Virus record (IMG/VR): IMGVR_UViG_3300035703_002708
DNA: 64,000 nt
From: a virus
Taxonomy: Duplodnaviria; Caudoviricetes
Reading direction: 5' to 3' (one strand)
The notes beneath the pieces are model-generated. The model made no database searches. It was not told the DNA's origin and worked only from the letters and a program-made list of their open reading frames with translations. Both the position numbers and the translations under genes were made by a program. Positions 40,201-53,500 of the stretch are shown here, piece by piece (the stretch's first letter is position 1; each line of letters starts with the position of its first letter).

Positions 40201-41217
40201 TTCTCATTAGACAGTGTTTCTAGAACTTTTAGTATGGATGGTGTAACATATAAAGACCAAATTATTATAGTTGATTCTGGTAACACGTCATTCATAAGCG
40301 GAAAAACGGTCAACATTAGTTTCGATTCTTATTACCCTAATATTGTTTATCCAACACCAACCCCAACTAAAACCAATCCAAGACCACCACTACCAACCTC
40401 AACTCCGACTAAGACAATAAAACCAACAACAACACCAACTAAAACTATAACTCAGACTAAAACTCCAACTAAGACTATAAATGTAACAAAAACTCCTGAC
40501 TCTACAAATTTACCAACTTCTACACCAACTAAGACAATAAAACCAACATCTACACCAACCAAAACTGTAACGCAAACAAAAACACAAACAAGTACAATAA
40601 AACAAACTTCTACACCAAAATCAACCAATATACCGACTAACACACCAACCAAAACTGTTAGACCGTCTCAAACTCCAACTAAAACAAATACACCGACAAG
40701 AACTCAAACCTCAACACCAAAGTCAAGTAATACACCACAAAAAACTAACTTACCAACATCTACCCCTACAAAAACTAAAACATTAACTCCAAGTCGTACT
40801 TTTACCGGTGTCACAATAACACCAACGGTAACTAAAACCAAAACCCCAACCAAAAGTGTTGCTCAGACTCAGTTACCTTCTAACACTCCAACAAAAACGG
40901 TTACCCCGACCAAATGTTGTAGCGGATGGAATTTGTATGGTGGAACAATGTGTGACTTCGTAGCTTTCCAAGTGCAAGGATGTAATGGAACTACATACAT
41001 AAAAGACATGAAGAGATTTCAAACCGATGTTGTTTGTGCTTATAATGTGACAATTTTATCACAAGGATGTAGTGCGTCCGCTTATGTGTCAAGTCAATGC
41101 AGTTGTCCTTCACCTACACCAACAAATACGCAGACACCAACACCCACATTAACCAAAACCCCAAAATCAACTCCTTTACCAACAGGTACACCAACTAAAA
41201 CACCAACAAAATCTTAA
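37291..41217 (+). CDS. large putative virion protein: Cys-rich modules, PA14-like domain, duplicated beta domain, Thr/Pro/Lys stalk
   Basis: CC...C...CxxC modules; GVSGDNNWRLYLDNQKLV...LEAGFHVIQV (PA14-like); YIKIEQGDSYVTFFLSDG vs YFSIQQDSSYVVFFISGS duplication; LPTSTPTKT repeats. Confidence 0.7.
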   Translation: MLTPTPTTPQNVYIPYVFLDCRTSSFEKVFNIIYSSFNTGDIVSYDDGGGSKCYFLTSSTGSTVGVHNFDNPEYTSGDCSTCMSAYCDSMAAYDFVSCCTNDLDNLITYGIYLPNFSAGTEVIVDPDSGDYYRIYSASSKGYSYCFETPNYNSCVDAYIANNRLPECDSVIVRRAFNCCSGETTQQIFVATNLESGDTFSFSGQCWTVGLTGSTTPITLISSGETIYSSCTDCLNQTKFVYNISNCNTSIGYRPVCFNEELTVGQSYLMDVSIGTGQTFSSTCFNVIDREDDCTSCFENNNYGQILYEGFPSCNMCVNGPTPTPTPTITQTSMGYILNQYSFQITGLTASTGSTLFLDINNEPISSVTNNSVVIRINYLDIYGNNKISNYSSFTGLTDLYIKIEQGDSYVTFFLSDGSLLEIDPVNNNIKIDGYNNPTDVILLDYNLGKFDNRQFVDIYFGSSVPSETCFGVIDTVQATIPNGYDRILMDVGDGAFYGFEPAQFFLENSYLLNGNGVPVATSETPGIWMATMGNPGPLSRVGVKRDFTEIEVVGCNWWGISRCINTPVSKYYFIGVSGDNNWRLYLDNQKLVDTSLLSPCGPSQSGVVGCASSFSLPDYPFERWRVYQVFLEAGFHVIQVVNQDCNGTTSLGFEIYDNTLEELLGAQQLTDLNILFTTKFYRDLIETGATLFFDVVINRQTNQYTQNGYGCPSGYTYGCGNCYTFGNIPCPTITPTNTPTITPSPTITPTQTPTKTLTPTRTPTPTPTKRPMMCFEVGTDYAPFTGACSEFSSGSINGKPYWYLPTITCVHNQIYRVVWSIVNNRWELIDGSNVVYFYLNSQSEYPVSTLANPWVRIAPLVPQMTTFPISSSIGLCGAPSFNIELQLSDPWSAVTGTTSILDNFGETILDINGTDLQIIGSTVDIKYTGGTVAEWDRFDDLVKYTGSTGKYFSIQQDSSYVVFFISGSSIFSLDSVSRTFSMDGVTYKDQIIIVDSGNTSFISGKTVNISFDSYYPNIVYPTPTPTKTNPRPPLPTSTPTKTIKPTTTPTKTITQTKTPTKTINVTKTPDSTNLPTSTPTKTIKPTSTPTKTVTQTKTQTSTIKQTSTPKSTNIPTNTPTKTVRPSQTPTKTNTPTRTQTSTPKSSNTPQKTNLPTSTPTKTKTLTPSRTFTGVTITPTVTKTKTPTKSVAQTQLPSNTPTKTVTPTKCCSGWNLYGGTMCDFVAFQVQGCNGTTYIKDMKRFQTDVVCAYNVTILSQGCSASAYVSSQCSCPSPTPTNTQTPTPTLTKTPKSTPLPTGTPTKTPTKS

Positions 41218-41220
41218 ATT

Positions 41221-41433
41221 ATGGCCGTAGTAGAAATATATAGTAATAACTTTAGTGGACAACAAGTAAACATAGTATTTACTCCAACTAACAGTGCTGA
41301 ATCATATGGATTAGGTACGCAAACTATACCCTTCTTATTTGATACGTCAAGTATTAATAATAATATTGATATATATGGCAAATATAGTATATCACCACTT
41401 AATTCTAATTGCTCTTATATATTAGTTATATAA
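41221..41433 (+). CDS. small beta-rich hypothetical protein (70 aa)
   Basis: ATG 3 nt after the upstream stop; composition similar to the neighbouring structural genes. Confidence 0.65.
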   Translation: MAVVEIYSNNFSGQQVNIVFTPTNSAESYGLGTQTIPFLFDTSSINNNIDIYGKYSISPLNSNCSYILVI

Positions 41434-41555
41434 TATTTTATATAAACTGGTTAACTAGTATGCAATTTATAAAATTTTTTTCTAGTAAAGTAAACAGAAA
41501 AATTTTTATACAGAATAAAAAATGATGACTTATAATTTAAATTAAAAAGGTGGTG

Positions 41556-41562
41556 TATTTAT
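41556..41562 (+). promoter_or_regulatory. TATTTAT putative late-promoter motif
   Basis: Only 4 nt before ATG 41567. Confidence 0.45.
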
Positions 41563-41566
41563 CGGT

Positions 41567-44500
41567 ATGTGTGAATTAATATTGACTGGTCTTACATATA
41601 GTTGTGGACCTTACACAATAGATTTATGTGATTGTCAAGGTGGTAATTGTATTAAGATTATTGTCACACCCGACGTTGGAAATCTAACGGGTACAATCAC
41701 ATATCCTGATGGTTCTTCAGAAACCTATGAAAATGGTATTATTGATATTAATATACCAGAGGGGTATTCTGAGGACGATTGTATTATATTCACAGTTTTC
41801 AATAGCGATGGTGAACCCGTTGTTGACAAACCTGAACCACCAAATTTTAGTCAAACACCAACGCCAGGTTTAACACCCACACCAACCAAAACAATCAACT
41901 ACGTAGAACCTCCTAGACCCGGTGGAGGTGGCCCTGGTATTGTATTGGATTTTCCTTCACAGACCCCAACACTAACCCCAACTCCTTCGCCGGCAACCCC
42001 AACCCCTACAGTAAGTCTAACTAACACCCCAACAGTTACAGTCACTACGACATTAACTCAGACTATGACTGTAACCCCGACCGTTACTCCAACACCTTTA
42101 ACCCCAAATTTAGGATTCAGTTCTTGTTGTGACAATAGTTTTTTTTCATTAAAAGAGGAAACTCAATTTATTTCCACTTTAGACCCAACAAAAACATATT
42201 ACATTCAAACCAATGAATTTGTAGGATGTGTTACAATAGTAAGTCAAAGACCGACAGATTTTTTTGAATTTATATCTATAAGTTCGGGATATGTTGATTG
42301 TGTCGATTGTTTATCGGCAACAACTGGAAACAATTTTTGTCCGACCCAAACTCCAACGCCAACAATAACAATCACACCAACGAGACCAATTAAGGCATTC
42401 AAAGATTGTTGTGAAAACATATACATAGGTTTAACTGAAGAGTCTGAATTATTATATTCTTTAGACCCAAATAAGTCTTATTATTTGGTCACTGATGGGT
42501 ATTCAGGTTGTACAACTATAGTTAATGAACAACCAACCTTATATTATAATTTTGTATCTATTTTAGAATACAATGATTGTGATTTATGTAGGATAGATAA
42601 AGTGGGGGTAATATGTCCTTCACCAACACCAACCGTAACTTCAACCCCTACTGTTACACCTACGGTAACACCTACTATAACATCAACCCCAACTATAACA
42701 CCGACAATTACTCCAACTTTTGTAGAAAAGTTTTGTTATGAGTTAAGTGCTTGTACCACAAACCTTGTTTATAGTGGTTGTTCTCCCTTATCTCTTAATT
42801 TAGATAAAACTTATCAAATACTTTTAGATATTGACGAGGGTAGTCGAAACACCAAACTACAAACAGGTACAGGATTTAATGGTTCTGTATTTACAGTTGA
42901 ATATCAAAACGATAACAAAATACTTGTTGGTGGTAACTTTAGCCAATATAACGGCCTGTCAACGTCAAATGAGATAATAAGACTAAACCAAGATGGTTCG
43001 ATTGACAATACATTTAACTATGCCGGCCCATCATATGTCTATATAAATGATATTGTCGAACAAAATGATGGTAAAATCCTTGTAGGGTTAGGTCAAGTTT
43101 TTGGTAATAGCGGTAATATACTACAAAGACTAAATTCAGACGGGTCACTCGATGGTACATTTACGCCACTGACGTGTCCGAACGGAGGTGCAATTTCAAA
43201 AATATTAATACTACCCGATAGTACAATTGTAATTGGAGGAACATTTAATAACCCAAACTCCACATTCTTCCATAAATTAATAAGACTTTTTCCTGATGGT
43301 AGTGTTGACCCATTTTTTGGGACTGGTGGTTTTTTACCTAATTTAGGTGTCGAATCTGTTTATGATGTTGATGTTTTGAGTGATGGTACACTGATATGTG
43401 TCGGTTCATTTTCTGAGTACAAATTTATATCAGCAAACAAAATTGTTCCGATTTTACCTAACGGAACTATAAATGTTGGTTTTTCATATGGGTCAGGATT
43501 TGATGACGATGTTTACGCTGTAAAAGTATTAAACGACGACTCAATTCTTGTGGGTGGTAAATTTACCCAATACAATGGAACATCATCAAGTTGTGTTATA
43601 AAATTACTTTCCGATGGTTCAATAGATACGTCTTTTGTTGTTGGTAGTGGTTTTTCTGGTGGAGTTGTTTATGACATAACAGTAGATACTTCAGGTGATT
43701 ACATATTCGTTGGAGATTTTACTGATTATAAAAATCAAACGGCTAATGGAATTATAAAATTAGATTCTAATGGAGATATTGTAACAACCTTTGTTACTGG
43801 AATTGGATTAGACAATACAGGATATAAAATTGATGTTAATTCTGACGGTTCTGAAATTATAGTTGGAGGTATATTCTCAAGTTACAATAATTGTGTTAAT
43901 AACAATTTAGTATCAATTATAAACTCGGTTACAAGTGTAACCGATTGTTTTACGATTATTAATAGTGGGTCATGTTCTTGTTGTCAAAACACTATAGTTA
44001 GTGCAAGTACCGAATACATAAATTGTAATGATTGTTTAGTATTAACACCAACACCGACACCAACACCGACAATAACACCAACAAATACTAAGACGCAGAC
44101 TATTACACCTACAATATCTGTAACCAAAACTGTAACAAGAACATTAAACCCAACAAGAACCCCAACACATACACCAACTCCTACCGTTACACCAACTAAT
44201 CTTATTCCAATATTCTCATCTTGTTGCGGAACCATTAATATCCAATTCACCGACCCTAACGTTGCGTTAGGTTTAACAATTGGTGAGTTTTATTTCGTTG
44301 AGGCCGATTCATACTCTGCCTGTACACTACTAACGTTGGGTTATCCTAACCTTATTTTGGATACTGCAACAGGTGTTACAACAGTTACTGATTGTGTAAC
44401 TTGTATTACCGATTATCTTCCAAGTGGTATTTGTCCGACCCCTACACAAACACCAACAAGTACACTAACTCCAACCCCAACTATATTACCAATCGTTTTG

Positions 44501-47500
44501 AGTTCTTGTTGTGGTAATTTTTTGATTGATGTCTCAGACCAAGTTGAATTACTTGAAACATTAAGCCAATATACTGAAACAACGTTTTTATTTACATCTG
44601 ATGACGGATTTAGTGCGTGTACAAGTTTGGCAAGAGCAGTACCTAACACATTATTTAATTTCACATCATTTAGGGTTTTTATAGATTGTGATGCTTGTAA
44701 TACATTTTTAAATGGTACAGTGGTTTGTCCGACGCAGACGCCAACCCCAACAGAAACTAAAACATCTACGCCAACTTTAACGCCGACAATTACTCCAACA
44801 ATAACTGTAACAAATACCAAAACACCTACAATTACACCAACAATAACAATAACAAGTTCAATTACACCCACTGAAACACCAACATCGACCGTAACTACAA
44901 CTCAAACACCAACAAACACTCAGACTCCAACCGTAACGAAAACCCCTTTGGCGTCACCTCAAGAAACAAGGACTCCTACCCCTACGCCTACTATAACCCC
45001 AACTGAAACACCAACTCAAACTGTAACACCTACTATCACAAATACTCAAACAGTAACAACAACAGAAACACCAACTCAGACTCCTACTATAACAGTTACC
45101 AAAACTGAAACTCCAACAAATACACCAACAGTAACCACAACTATTACCAATACCGCAACTCAAACACTAACCGTAACTAACACGATAACACCAACAGAGA
45201 CTGTCACACCAACAGTTTCACCAACTAACACACCATCAATTTCTGCTACATTGACACCTGGTGTTACCAAAACCCCAACAAGAACAGAAACACCAACTCA
45301 GACTCCTACCAATACAATAACACCAACCATCACACAAACCCCAACACAGACCAAAACCCCAACACAGACACAAACACCAACCAAAACAGAAACACCAACA
45401 GTAACCGCAACAAAAACCCCAACAAAAACACAGACGCCAACCATTACTCCCACAGTTACTCCAACTATTAGTGTAACGCCAACAATAACTCAAACACAAA
45501 TTCAATTTTGTCCTGATTGTGATATAACTGGTAACACTTATTTGGATGGTGTAACACTTACACCAACTGTGACAAGTACAATAACCCCGACAATAACACA
45601 AACATCGACTGTAACACCAACTGTAACACTAACGAACTCAGTAACACCGACTCAAACACAGACAAACACTCAAACGCCTACAATAACCCCAACCACTACT
45701 CTAACACCCACAATAACACCCACAATAACACAAACCCCAACAATAACTCAAACACAGATTCAATTCTGCCCTGACTGTGACATAAGTGGAAACACATACT
45801 TGGATGGAGTTACCCTAACACCAACAGTTACAGGTACTATAACACCTACTATAACTCCAACAAATACTCAAACACCATCAAAAACCCCTACTAAGACCCC
45901 AACTCAAACAAAAACACCTACTAAAACTCAAACACCAACAATAACCCCGACTAAGACCCCAACCCAAACAAAAACCCCTACTAAAACTCCAACCCAAACA
46001 AAAACCCCTACTAAAACTCCCACCCCAACAATAACTCCAACAAAAACAGAAACCCCCACGGTTACTCCCACAAAAACACCAACTAAATCTGTAACACCAA
46101 CAATAACCCCAACCCAAACCCAAACACCAACAGTAACGCCAACAATAACTCAAACACAAATTCAATTTTGTCCTGATTGTGATATAACAGGTAACACTTA
46201 TTTAGATGGGGTAACTTTAACACCTACCGTAACAAGTACTGTAACACCATCTATTTCTCCAACCGCAACAATAACACCGACTATAACTACGACAAAAACT
46301 GTTACACCAACTAGTACACCAACGACATCTGTATCACCATCACTTACTCCAACAACATCAGTATCACCTTCGTTAACACCAACTAATACACAGACTCCTA
46401 CTATAACACAAACACAAATTCAATTCTGTCCTGATTGTGATATAAGTGGTAATACATACTTGGATGGTGTGACGTTAACTCCTACAGTCACAAGTACTGT
46501 AACACCGTCAATTACACCAACAAATACTAAAACACCAACAATAACACCCACCAAAACCAAAACCCCTACCATAACCCCAACAAAAACGGTTACTAATAGT
46601 CAAACACCAACCAAGACCGTTACTAACACCCCAACACAAACCCCAACCCTGACAAGAACACCAAACGAGGCTTGTCCTGATTGTGATATAACCGGTAACA
46701 CATATTTAGATGGAGTAACACTCACTCCAACTGTTACTAGCACAATAACACCATCAATATCACCAACTAGTACAATAACACCATCAATATCACCAACTAG
46801 TACTATAACACCTACCGTAACCCCTACTACGTCAATATCTCCTTCATTAACACCAACAACATCTATATCGCCTTCCCTAACCCCTACACAAACTGTAACA
46901 CCAACCATCACCCAAACTCAAATTTCAACTTGCCCTGATTGTGACATTAGTGGTAACACGTATTTAGATGGAGTAACTTTAACACCTACGGTTACAAGTA
47001 CAATAACTCCATCCATTACCCCAACAACAAGTGTAACACCTACAATAACCCAAACTACTACTATAACACCAACAATTACACCTACAAAAACCCAAACACC
47101 AACAATAACCCCGACAATAACAAAAACACCTACTCAAATTGCGTCATGCCCTGATTGTGATATAACAGGTAACACTTATTTAGATGGTGTAACTTTAACT
47201 CCTACAGTTACATCAACCATAACACCATCGATATCGCCAACCCCAACAGTAACCCCATCAATATCACCAACGTCATCAGTTACTCCTACAGTAACTCCAA
47301 CAACATCAATTTCTCCTTCCTTAACTCCAACAACATCAATTTCTCCTTCCTTAACACCTACGAATACTCAAACACCTACAATAACCAAAACTCAAATTTC
47401 AACTTGCCCTGATTGTGACATTAGTGGCAATACATACTTAGATGGAGTAACTTTAACGCCTACCGTTACAAGTACAGTTACGCCATCGATAACACTAACT

Positions 47501-50500
47501 TCAACTATAACTCCGTCTATTTCTCCAACATCAACTAAAACTCCAACAATAACACCAACCAAAACTCAAACTCCTACTATAACTCCAACTATAACAAAAA
47601 CACCAACTCAAATTGCCGCTTGTCCTGATTGTGATATAACAGGTAACACTTATTTAGATGGAGTAACTTTAACTCCTACGGTTACTAGTACAGTGACTCC
47701 ATCAATCACGCCTACATCAAGTATAACACCTTCAATTTCTCCAACAAAAACTCAAACACCAACAATAACACCAACTACATCGGTATCTCCATCTTTAACA
47801 CCAACATTATCGGTTTCACCGTCATTGACACCTAATGTAACCGTGACACCAACAATTACTCAAACACAAATTCAATTTTGTCCCGATTGTGATATCAGTG
47901 GAAATACATATTTGGACGGAGTCACATTGACTCCAACTGTAACGAGCACAATCACACCATCTTTTACACCAACACAAAGCCAAACTCCAACTGTAACACC
48001 TACAGTTACTACCACAAAAACACCAACTCAAACACAAACACCAACTATAACTCCAACTATAACGCAAACTCCAACTATAACTCCAACTATAACTCAAACT
48101 CAAGTATCATCGTGTCCTGACTGCGATATAACAGGAAACACGTATCTGGATGGTGTAACATTAACCCCAACAGTTACAAGTTCATTAACCCCTTCAATAA
48201 CACCAACATCCTCGGTAACACCAACCAATACTCAAACACCAACAATTACGCCTACTATAACACCGACACAAACTATTACGCCTACTATAACACCGACAAC
48301 GTCAATATCACCATCTTTAACGCCAACTAATACACAAACACCAACAATAACCAAAACTCAAATACAGTTCTGTCCTGATTGTGACATAAGTGGTAATACT
48401 TATTTGGATGGTGTAACTCTGACACCAACAGTCACTTCGACTATTACACCAACAAAAACCCCAACACCAACTAGACCCCAATTAACTTTCAGCGGATGTG
48501 ATGATGTTTTTTCAGGGCAATCATTTAACTTTAGTGGTTTTGGAATGGATTTCACCACGATTTATGATTTAAACCCTTCACTAATATATTCTTTCTCCGC
48601 AAATGGTATTGTGGGATGTTTTAGAATTGTCGAAGGGTTCACTCAAACGTACTATTACCTGACTTCAAACACTGGACAAACTTTTTCAACATGTGGAATA
48701 TGTTCCGAAAATAACCCCATTGAGTCTCAATACCCTGTCATACAACTTTGTCAGTGTAGTGGTTTTACAAATTGTATTTGGTCTAACGGAGATTTTACCT
48801 TCAATACGACAATATTATTTGGGGTGTCTAATCAAATTGGTTGTTGGAAAATGATTTCTACCGCAACAACAACCACTACGGCGGGATATGATGTTCCGAC
48901 AGGACAAACCTACGATAACTGTGTTGAATGTGAAAGTGGTTCGATAAACAGAGTCTTCAGTTCGTGTTGTGGTAATTATGTATTTAATATCGCCGAACCA
49001 CTACAAGGTATTATAGATAATTTATTTTTCGAAAAAATATACGAAATCAATACAGAAGAATTTTCAGGGTGTGCTAGAGTTGTAAGCGGGTTTTCAGAAA
49101 ATAATTATAATTTGACTTCATTAGATACTAATGAATATTTTGATACATGTTTGGATTGTTTAACCGCAACAACAGGTTCTAACATTTGTCCGACATTAAC
49201 ACCAACACCGACAGAAACACCAACACAAACCCCAACTACAACAATAACACCGACCGAGACTGTAACACCAACAATAACACCGACCGAGACTGTAACGCCA
49301 ACACAAACTCCTACCATTACACCGACTAATACTCAAACACCTACAATAACTCAAACAGAAACACCTACTCAGACTCCCACACCTACAGAAACAAAAACAC
49401 CAACTCCAACTCAAACGCCAACAATAACACCAACAATCACTCAAACACCGACTCAAACACCGACTCAAACACCAACACCTACTATAACACCAACGAAAGA
49501 ACCTGATTACGAAGTTTGGGAATTTAGGGATTGTTGTACAGAAACCGATTCGAAATATTACAGAGTATACAATTATCCAAGTGTGGTTTTGGACTCAGTC
49601 GCCCTTTCGGGTGTTTCAGCGCTTTACGATTATGGACTCACATACGTTGATTATAATAATTCCATATATGTGATTGCATCTTTTAACTTAAACGTTGTGG
49701 ATACAAGTACAAACACTCTGACACAAGTTATAGACTTCGGGAATGCGGTTGTGTCACCAACCTATTCTCCTGAAAACCAAAAATTATATGTTAGTGAATA
49801 CGCAATAGATAGATTAGTAGTTGTTGACGTTACCACTAATACTACGGCTTCAACAATCAATGTCGGTACTTACCCTGCGGTGTTATACTACAATTCAACT
49901 TATGAAAAGTTATACACACTAAATTTAAATTCAAATGACGTAACTGTTGTTGATACTACATCAGACACTGTACTCATAAACGTTAGTGTTAGCGGTTCAC
50001 CTATTAGTTATGTTTATAACCAAGACAACGAGTACTTATATATCTTCCACACAAATAGTAATTACGTTTCTGTTATTGACACTTTTGACGACAGTATTGT
50101 AACAACCATTAATTTGGGAGCTCAATGTGACTCTGGTATATATGACCCTACAAATCAACGCATTTATTGTTGGGGTTGGGGTGATGGTAATTACGTTAAA
50201 GTTATCAATACAAATACAAACACATTTTCAAACACAATAACGACAACATTACTCCCTTACAATAGACAATCACAAATAGTCGGAAATTACTTGTATATTC
50301 CTTGTAATTTAGGGATTGAAGTAATTGAACTTTCAAGTCAAACGTCATATACCTCAATAGTTGTTCCAGTGGGTTCGGTCGAACAAATAATCCTAAACCC
50401 AACCAACGGATATTTGTATGTAACCTTTACAAACTTAGGAGTTGTTATTATAGACCCATCGTCAAACGAAATAATCCAAACAAACACTAGTTTTTTAACC

Positions 50501-53500
50501 TCAGGATATTACATACCACAAACAGGTTATATATATTATAACGGTACGAATCCAAGTCCACAATTACAAGTTGTGGGTGAAATTTTCAGGTCTTGGAATG
50601 TAGGAGATGTTGTGAACGACTTATCAAACGGACAATGTTATTCTGCGTACCAATTGGTTTCACCATCGACACCATACTCACAAAATGTTTCAATTACATC
50701 TTACACCGATTGCTGGTCTTGTGTCCAAGCGATAGGTTGTCCTTTCATTTTCGAGGATTGTCAATCAGGAACAACACAATTTACAATTAATGTGATACCA
50801 ACAGGTCAAACACCTCAGTACGGAACAAATTACTCTTATGAATTAGTTTCAGGGGACACAACAGTTACCGCATATGGTGGAGACTCAGGAAATGAGGCGT
50901 GTTTGTTTTTCACAGAAATACCAACTTTGGGAATAGTTTCTATATATCCAGTATCACCAATCCAAAACCCCCTAATTGGAGATTGTATAACTTGTGAAAC
51001 ATCCTACCCAAGTTACCCAACACGAGCCAAATTTACAGATTGTTGCACTCAAACTGAAGAAATATATTTTAATATAAATTACCCAAGTATTCAGTGGATG
51101 ATAGGAGATGTTGTGTTATACACCATACCAAACAGTGATACAAAAAAATGTTACGAATTAATTGAATTTGATACTTTTAATACGTTCCCTGCTGGTGTAT
51201 GGAATTTCAATGACCCCGACTATAAGGGCTCACCATACAACTGTGAAAAATGTTTTGCCTTTAACAAATGTGAATGTCAAGAAGTTTTCACACCATATGA
51301 CTTTTTAAGTTGTTGTGACAATTCTACAATACTTGTTATGGGTATTTTACCTGAAAACTTTGTTTTAGGAAATGTGGTTATGTATGAAGGAGTACCATAC
51401 TCGATGATTGGTCCTTCAGTAAATCCGATTGATGGTGGTTGTTTTGCAGTTTTTGATTACGTTGACTGTACTGCGGCAAATAATGAGGAGGTTAATCCTT
51501 GCGGATTTAGTTTAGGTCAGTACGAATATTGTTGTAACACTTCTGAGATTATTGAAGTGTGGGAACCAGGTTATACAAACTCAAGTTATACAAACTTTTT
51601 ATATAATAATAAATGTTGGAATAGACGTGGTAATGGAGCAGGAACAACAGGCGAAACTATTTTTTGGACAGGATACACTTCGTGTGAAGAGTGTTATCCA
51701 AATTCAATAGGATATGTTTTAAGTTCTTGTACAATAGACGGTTTGACAATCACAGCACAAACTTCTGATTACAGTACATTGAATGTTAATAGTTTTTACA
51801 ATTTCACATCAGGAATTACTGATACTTTTTATTACGATTCAACATTTGTTTATGGTACAGGTTTTGGTTATACAGGTTCCTCTGTTGGTCAAGTAAATGA
51901 TATAATTTATTATCCACCAAAAGATGACCTATTCTTCGGTGGTATTTTCAACTCATATGATGGCACATCTGTAAATAACTATGCAAGAATCGACAATCTT
52001 GGAAATTTTGTTGGACTATTTGATGCAACTGGTTTAAATACTGGAGATACTTCCTTTATAAGTCAAATCGGAATTCAATCCAATGAAAAACTTATTGTTG
52101 TTGGTAATTTTACATCCTACAGTAGTAATAATGTTGGAAGAATAGTTAGGACTAATTCTGAGGGTGCTTATGACAACACATTTTCAGGTGACACTGGTTT
52201 TAACAATTTAGTTATCGATATTGCAATAAACAATTCAGACCAAATATATTGTGCGGGGGTCTTTTCAACGTATAGAAGTTTTTCGGCCATAGGATTAGCG
52301 AGATTAGGTCCTGACGGTATTTTTGACACAGGATTTACTTCTCATTTCACTTCCGCCACAAACCTAAAAATCAGAGAAATAGAAGTCCAAACTGATAATA
52401 AATTGATAGTTGTGGGGGACATTCCTAATTTATATAGTGGAATTACTTTCGGACCAATTAGAAGATTGAATTCTGATGGTAGTATAGATTTTTCTTTCTC
52501 TGGAACTGTTAGTGGCTTTGGTGGTTCTATTGCTTCGGTAGAAATACAAAATGATGGAAAAATAGTGTGTGGTGGTAATTTTACGACGGCAAACGCACAA
52601 ACCTTGTCAGGTATGGTTAGGTTTACAAGTGGTGGCACTGTTGATAATACCTTTAATGCTCAATCATGGATTTCGACCTATAACATAGAATCCATTTCAA
52701 AAATTAAACTTTTAGAAGACGGTAAATTTTTGGTATATGGTGGGGACTTAAGTCTCAATCGGTATGTGTTTTATATCGGAACTAATGGAGAGTTATTACA
52801 AACAATACAAATCAATGGAGGTGGTGTCTCTGATATAGAAAATTTATTACCTGGCAGTGGAAGATACGTCTTAGGTGGTAACTTTACAGGAGTAACGATA
52901 AATAGTGTTTCATACAGCGCCAATAGTGTATTTGCAATTGAACGTGTGGTTGAAAATTGTTTTAAAGTCATTGATACCGTAACTGGTTGTACTGCATCTG
53001 AGGCAACAATAGTAGTTGCGGGTACTGAATATGCTTCATGTGCAAGTTGTTTGATACCTCCTACAATGACACCAACACCAACTCAGACACCGACAATAAC
53101 TCCAACTAAAACACCAAGTCCAACACCAACACAGACTAAAACTCCTACGCAAACCCCAACTCAGACTCCAACTCAGACCCCTACGCAGACACAAACACCT
53201 ACCGAAACGCCGACACAAACGCCAACACAGACCCCTACTCAAACTCCTACTCAAACTCCTACTCAAACACAGACACCAACACAAACACAGACACCAACAC
53301 CGAGTAGATTCCCTGACTGTGTTGATTGTGAATTATCAGGACTTTCATATTATTCTGGTTACAGTGATTGTACATGTTATTCAATAACTATGACCACTCT
53401 TGCCGCGGTATTTGCGTACAACTGTTACGGAGTGTATACAGTAATTCTAACATCAGGAACATATTGTTTAAGAGAAATAGTTGACTCAAATGGAAATACA

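Noticed and set aside
41221-41566. Possible frameshift or readthrough fusing the 70-aa ORF to the 4190-aa gene, or an RNA gene in the gap
   Set aside because: The 133-nt gap is AT-rich with an in-frame TAA at 41543 and its own TATTTAT; no slippery site or tRNA-like fold was seen.
45509-48430. Regularly spaced conserved repeats resembling a CRISPR array or DGR template/variable repeats
   Set aside because: The repeats are in frame, conserved as protein with synonymous changes, and the spacers are 216-402 nt. No cas or reverse transcriptase gene is present, and there is no adenine-specific mismatch pattern.
43984-49468. Many minus-strand ORFs (MVGV..., MCYC..., MSLSYS...)
   Set aside because: Same shadow effect opposite the stalk of the 4190-aa gene.
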